In this document: in pieces, positions 59,001-64,000 of the stretch
How positions within the stretch are numbered: position 1 is the first letter of the stretch
Layout of the letters: each line of letters begins with the position of its first letter
Assembly (NCBI GenBank): GCA_950097015.1
Contig: CATNEN010000005.1
Location: 5,394,001-5,458,000, forward strand
From: Macrostomum hystrix
Taxonomy: Eukaryota; Animalia; Platyhelminthes
Reading direction: 5' to 3'
Length of the DNA: 64,000 nucleotides
The notes under the pieces: model-generated
Told to the model about the DNA's origin: nothing
The model's database searches: none
Seen by the model: the letters and a program-made list of their open reading frames with translations, nothing else
Translations under genes and position numbers: made by a program

Positions 59001-60380
59001 TAGTGCCAGCACTGCTTGATTGATTGCTTTTTGTCTTGAAGCATGTAGTTTCACCGCTTGCGAAAGTCAAACTTGATGACTGCCAACAATCAGCAATAGT
59101 TGCGCTGGTGATGAACAGCTGTTCTGTAATGTAAAAATATAGCCCATGGATTTCAAATGCAACTGGTAGATTTTACATCTAACAGGCCGATTTTACATAC
59201 AACAGGTAGATTCTACACACAACAGGTAGATTCTACATACAACAGGTAGATTTTACATACAACAGGTGGATTTTACATAAAACGGGTAGATTCTACATAC
59301 AACAGGTAGATTTTACATAAAACGGGTAGATTCTACAGAACAGGTAGATTCTTCATACAACGGGTAGATTCTACATACAACAGGTAGATTCTACGAACAA
59401 CAGGTAGATTTCATATCTAACAGGTAGATTTCACATATAACAGGTAGATTTCAGATTTTACCAGGTAGATTTCTGATCTAACAGGTAGATTTCTGATCTA
59501 ACAGGTAGACTTCACATCTAACAGGTAGATATCGGATCTAACAGGTAGATTTCACATATAACAGATAGATTTCACATCTAACAGGTAGATATCGGATCTA
59601 ACAGGTAGATTTCACATCTAACAGGTAGATATCGGATCTAAAAGGTAGAATTCACATCTAACAGGTAGATATCGGATCTAACAGGTAGATTTCACATATA
59701 ACAGATAGATTTCACATCTAACAGGTAGATATCGGATCTAACAGGTAGATTTCACATCTAACAGATAGATTTCACATCTAACAGGTAGATATCGGATCTA
59801 ACAGGTAGATTTCACATCTAACAGGTAGATTTCACATCAAACAGGTAGATATCGGATCTAAAAGGTAGAATTCACATCTAACAGGTAGATATCGGATCTA
59901 ACAGGTAGATTTCACATATAACAGATAGATTTCACATCTAACAGGTAGATATCGGATCTAACAGGTAGATTTCACATCTAACAGGTAGATTTCACATCTA
60001 ACAGGTAGATATCGGATCTAACAGGTAGATTTCACATCTAACAGGTAGATTTCACATCTAACAGGAGATATCGGATCTAACAGGTAGATTTCACATCTAA
60101 CAGGTAGATTTCACATCTAACATGTAGATATCGGATCTAACAGGTAGATTTCACATCTAACAGGTAGATTTCACATCTAACAGGTAGATATCGGATCTAA
60201 AAGGTAGAATTCACATCTAGAAATTATATTAAAAAAAAATGTCACAGATCGATTTCAAATGCCGCAGGTTTTGATTTATTAGAAATCGAATCAATAAAAA
60301 AGCGAATTACCTTGACAGTTTACGGCCAGAAATGTGGCAATAAGCATCAGATATGCTATGACAATATAGTTTGTGCACAT
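56077..60380 (-). CDS. Single-pass type I membrane protein, ~381 aa: signal peptide, F5/8C- or fucolectin-like domain, Ig-like domain, TM, short tail ending HYVF. Exons 60380-60311, 59123-58896, 57953-57718, 57678-57582, 57236-57123, 57071-56859, 56345-56236, 56154-56077
   Basis: Eight exons with consistent phases throughout (1146 nt). Signal MCTNYIVIAYLMLIATFLAVNCQ; motifs HWFLVQLRKVEIVTSVTISN and EVRI...C...C..RYVS; Cys pair ~65 aa apart; TM ILLVTTVIPSSVFILSVVALVTYLLV then RARGK. Domain names are inferred from motifs. Confidence 0.7.
56655..56740 (-). mobile_element. SINE 3' body fragment (intronic)
   Basis: GAGCACACACGAACACAGATAACTGTACGCAGGCACACAC matches the tail of the 14.24 and 57.3 kb copies. 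Confidence 0.55.
57301..57516 (-). mobile_element. tRNA-derived SINE copy, in intron 4 of the receptor gene
   Basis: A-box TGGCAGAGTGG and B-box-like GAGCTCGATTCC on the minus strand; body shared with the other copies. Confidence 0.75.
57993..58878. repeat. 20-bp minisatellite GATGCA(T/A)CTGTCTAACAGGT, filling intron 2 of the receptor gene
   Basis: About 44 tandem units. Confidence 0.95.
59163..60219. repeat. 20-bp minisatellite TTCACATCTAACAGGTAGAT / ATCGGATCTAACAGGTAGAT, filling intron 1 of the receptor gene
   Basis: About 52 tandem units of two alternating variants. Confidence 0.95.
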
Positions 60381-60699
60381 TTTACTAAGCTTGTTAAAAT
60401 ATGTTTTAACTATGTTTTCAAGAGGTTTTCACATCCAATACGGCAGTTATAATTGTCGAGGAATATTATTTATGTGCGATTGGGCTGTATTTAAAGCATG
60501 TCGTCAATTTGCAGTTCGCTATAATTGAGTCCTGAAGATAATTTTAAACAGTTTGAACCTGAAAATTTGCTATTAAGATTTGTTTACAAGTCGTGACAAG
60601 TGTTAGTGGAAAATTATAAATACTTTAACTGTGTGCCTAGCATATTTATCAATAGTGTAACAAATCAGCCCCATCACATCAGTCTAACAAACTAATAAT

Positions 60700-62338
60700 A
60701 GGTCTAACACACAAATCACGTGTCTAACACATCAATCACGTGTCTAACACATAAATCACGTGTCTAACACACCAATCACGTGTCTAACACATCAATCACG
60801 TGTCTAACACATCAATCACGTTGGTCAACACATCCATTTCGTGTCTAACACATAAATCACGTGTCTAACACACCAATCACGTGTCTAACACACCAATCAC
60901 GTGTCTAACACACCAATCACGTGTCTAACACACCAATCACGTTGGTCAACACATCCATTTCGTGTCTAACACATAAATCACGTGTCTAACACACCAATCA
61001 CGTGTCTAACACACCAATCACGTGTCTAACACACCAATCACGTGTCTAACACACCAATCACGTGTCTAACACATCAATCACGTGTCTAACACATCAATCA
61101 CGTGTCTAACACATAAATCACGTGTCTAACACATCAATCACGTGTCTAACACACCAATCACGTGTCTAACACATCAATCACGTGTCTAACACACCAATCA
61201 CGTTGGTCAACACATCCATTACGTGTCTAACACATAAATCACGTGTCTAACACATCAATAACGTGTCTAACACATCAAGCACGTTGTTTAACACACCAAT
61301 CACGTGTCTAACACACCAATCACGTGTCTAACACACCAATCACGTGTCTAACACACCAATCACGTGTCTAACACACCAATCACGTGTCTAACACACCAAT
61401 CACGTGTCTAACACACCAATCACGTGTCTAACACACCAATCACGTTGGTCAACACATCCATTACGTGTCTAACACATAAATCACGTGTCTAACACATCAA
61501 TCACGTGTCTAACACACCAATCACGTTGGTCAACACATCCATTACGTGTCTAACACATAAATCACGTGTCTAACACATCAATCACGTGTCTAACACACCA
61601 ATCACGTTGGTCAACACATCCATTACGTGTCTAACACATAAATCACGTGTCTAACACATCAATAACGTGTCTAACACATCAAGCACGTTGTTTAACACAC
61701 CAATCACGTGTCTAACACACCAATCACGTGTCTAACACACCAATCACGTGTCTAACACACCAATCACGTGTCTAACACACCAATCACGTGTCTAACACAC
61801 CAATCACGTGTCTAACACACCAATCACGTGTCTAACACACCAATCACGTGTCTAACACACCAATCACGTGTCTAACACACCAATCACGTGTCTAACACAC
61901 CAATCACGTGTCTAACACACCAATCACGTGTCTAACACACCAATCACGTGTCTAACACACCAATCACGTGTCTAACACACCAATCACGTGTCTAACACAT
62001 CAATCACGTGTCTAACACATCAATCACGTGTCTAACACATAAATCACGTGTCTAACACATCAAGCACGTTGTTTAACACACCAATCACGTGTCTTACACA
62101 TCAATCACGTGTCTAACACACCAATCACGTGTCTAACACATCAATCACGTGTCTAACACATAAATCACGTGTCTAACACATCAAGCACGTTGTTTAACAC
62201 ACCAATCACGTGTCTTACACATCAATCACGTGTCTAACACATCAATCACTTGTCTAACACACCAATCACGTGTCTAACACATCAATCACGTTGGTCAACA
62301 CATCCATTACGTGTCTAACACATTAATCACGTGCCTAA
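60700..62338. repeat. 20-bp minisatellite AATCACGTGTCTAACAC(ACC/ATC/ATA)
   Basis: About 80 tandem units. Confidence 0.95.
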
Positions 62339-62713
62339 GACATCAGTAACTGTTTGACTAGTTTTTGTCTAAAACAAAATAGTTTAGAGCGTTACCATAG
62401 TTACCAGATCTGTTTAAAGCGTCACATAGTTACTGGTGTTGTTTTAAGCGTCGCCATGGTAACAGAAATTATTTTGAACATAGGGCTTCAGAGTACGCAT
62501 CTTAGCCTAATAGCAAAACAAACGACAAAGGTTTTTAGTTTTTTTAAGTAAGATAACTAATCAAACGAACAGTTGGAGCCTGTGTACTATTAGTGAAAGA
62601 ATATATTTGTTCATTTCCTGTTAATAGCAATGACCTGGGATGAGAAAATGTAAATAGGGGCGCTTTAACATGCCAAAATGTTGAATATTAAAGGATTTAT
62701 AAGTGACCTCCAG

Positions 62714-63910
62714 TCAAGTATTCATTAAATGAGTAATTGTCATTATTGAGCAGCAAATCAATAAACACCTCACTGAAGCAGTTAACATTTTGGAACCGTC
62801 AACTGGTGCATCGTCACTTGTGGCACTCTTTGCTGGATTGTCAGTTAGAGATGGTTGCCACCGGGTCAGCGTGAGCTCTCTGATATTGCTAGTCGCTTCA
62901 TTGTCGCTTGGAGGTGTTATAACACCACCTGCCGTTGTGGAACTGCCTGATTTGGTGGTTGCAGCTGTAGATGTTGCTGTAGCTGTAGGAGTTTCAAATG
63001 CAGCTTCTATTGAACACAAAGCCTGATTATGTAGAGGTAAAGTCTTCCTTTGAGTCGGAGTACATTTTGTTGTAGTTTCACCGATGAATATTTTCAAATT
63101 GCTGCAATACACTGGCTGCTCAAAGAGTTTGAGCAGCCAGACGCTGTCTCGCATCTGCTCGCGTATCGCTGCCCTGCCCAGCTGTTCAATGAGATCGTCC
63201 AGCGGCGATGTGAATGAAATCGTGTCCAATGCCGAGCTGCGGTTGCTAATGTAACCAGACGCTGGTCGATTACATGCGTCAACCAGATCTTGCGCGCATA
63301 AGCAGGTAAGAAACGTGGAGAATATGGTGCTATAAGTGGTAGCAAAGTCTGCTAGTCTGGCAACGCATTCTGAACCGCAGGTGCTTTCATAGCAGGGCAG
63401 GTTGAGCACAGCAGTCAGAGTCGATCGGCAGAAAAAGTCTCTGGCGCACAGAAGTCCAGCTAGCCAGCATTCCGAACGAACTTCGCCATCCAAAAAGCGC
63501 CGAAGCAGAACGTCAGTTTCTAAAAGGAGTTGAGCACACATTTGCTGCTTGCGTATGACCAACGTGGCCCAGACCATGTGCCGGCTATAGTTGCAATCTC
63601 TCAGCCTGACACCTGAGCTGGTGTTAAAAAACACCGAGAGCAGAATGGCGCACGATGAGTCGCAAGCGAGCTGGGATCTGTCGGCCCTCTCTAGGCCATA
63701 GTCAGCGGTTTCGTAGCAGTATGCGTACACTAGCCGTAGCAACGGACCACAGCTGTCATCGTACAGGCAGGCAATGGTCTCGTACAGGCAGTCGCCTTTT
63801 TCGTATTTAACAACGACTCGATCCTCTGCTGGTTGAGAAGACGCACTAAATGTACTGCTAATGACGAACACTAGCAGCAGTTTGAGTATGTGTTGAGCAT
63901 GAATTCGCAT
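62714..63910 (-). CDS. GAS1/GFRalpha-family (GDNF/GAS1 domain) GPI-anchored protein, 398 aa, single exon
   Basis: Signal peptide; two Cys-rich domains (CLYETIACLYDDSC...C...CDSSC...G..L.DC and CWLAGLLCARDFFC...C...CGSEC...L.TCLC); Ser/Thr-rich stalk; hydrophobic C-terminal tail with no cytoplasmic domain. Confidence 0.75.
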   Translation of the reverse strand: MRIHAQHILKLLLVFVISSTFSASSQPAEDRVVVKYEKGDCLYETIACLYDDSCGPLLRLVYAYCYETADYGLERADRSQLACDSSCAILLSVFFNTSSGVRLRDCNYSRHMVWATLVIRKQQMCAQLLLETDVLLRRFLDGEVRSECWLAGLLCARDFFCRSTLTAVLNLPCYESTCGSECVARLADFATTYSTIFSTFLTCLCAQDLVDACNRPASGYISNRSSALDTISFTSPLDDLIEQLGRAAIREQMRDSVWLLKLFEQPVYCSNLKIFIGETTTKCTPTQRKTLPLHNQALCSIEAAFETPTATATSTAATTKSGSSTTAGGVITPPSDNEATSNIRELTLTRWQPSLTDNPAKSATSDDAPVDGSKMLTASVRCLLICCSIMTITHLMNT

Positions 63911-64000
63911 TTTCCACGGTGGCCTCTTGGTCTACAGTAGATTCTAACGCTTCTATAATCGATTGAGTTCGTGCACTTTTTAGCAATAAACTCTCCACCC

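Noticed and set aside
30611-62338. Tandem arrays as CRISPR arrays
   Set aside because: Units are head-to-tail with no unique spacers, there are no cas genes, and the context is eukaryotic.

Overview
Eukaryotic (metazoan) genomic DNA with GT-AG introns, GC/CpG-rich exons and AT-rich spacers. The compact genes and very dense short-period tandem repeats suggest a free-living flatworm such as Macrostomum, but that is inference only. 1-30.6 kb is gene-dense: the 3' part of a DNAH5/8-type axonemal dynein heavy chain (+), a claudin/PMP22-superfamily gene (-), a six-exon F-box/LRR (LRRC29/FBXL9-like) gene (-), a three-exon gene for a ~980-aa protein of tandem LRAT-like (permuted NlpC/P60) repeats (+), an intact, very young Ty3/Gypsy LTR retrotransposon (identical 187-bp LTRs, 5-bp TSD) and a 243-aa hypothetical gene (+). 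30.6-62.4 kb is mostly tandem arrays (6-32 bp units) with genes in the gaps: an ACK1-like C-terminal ORF (MIG6-homology + UBA, no kinase visible), a secreted cystine-knot peptide precursor, an eight-exon single-pass receptor gene not resolved by the ORF track, and a GAS1/GFRa-like GPI-anchored protein. tRNA-derived SINE copies are dispersed. There is no CRISPR array, rRNA or intact tRNA. All exon models were built by hand from splice signals and frame/phase consistency; family calls come from motif recognition, not database searches.
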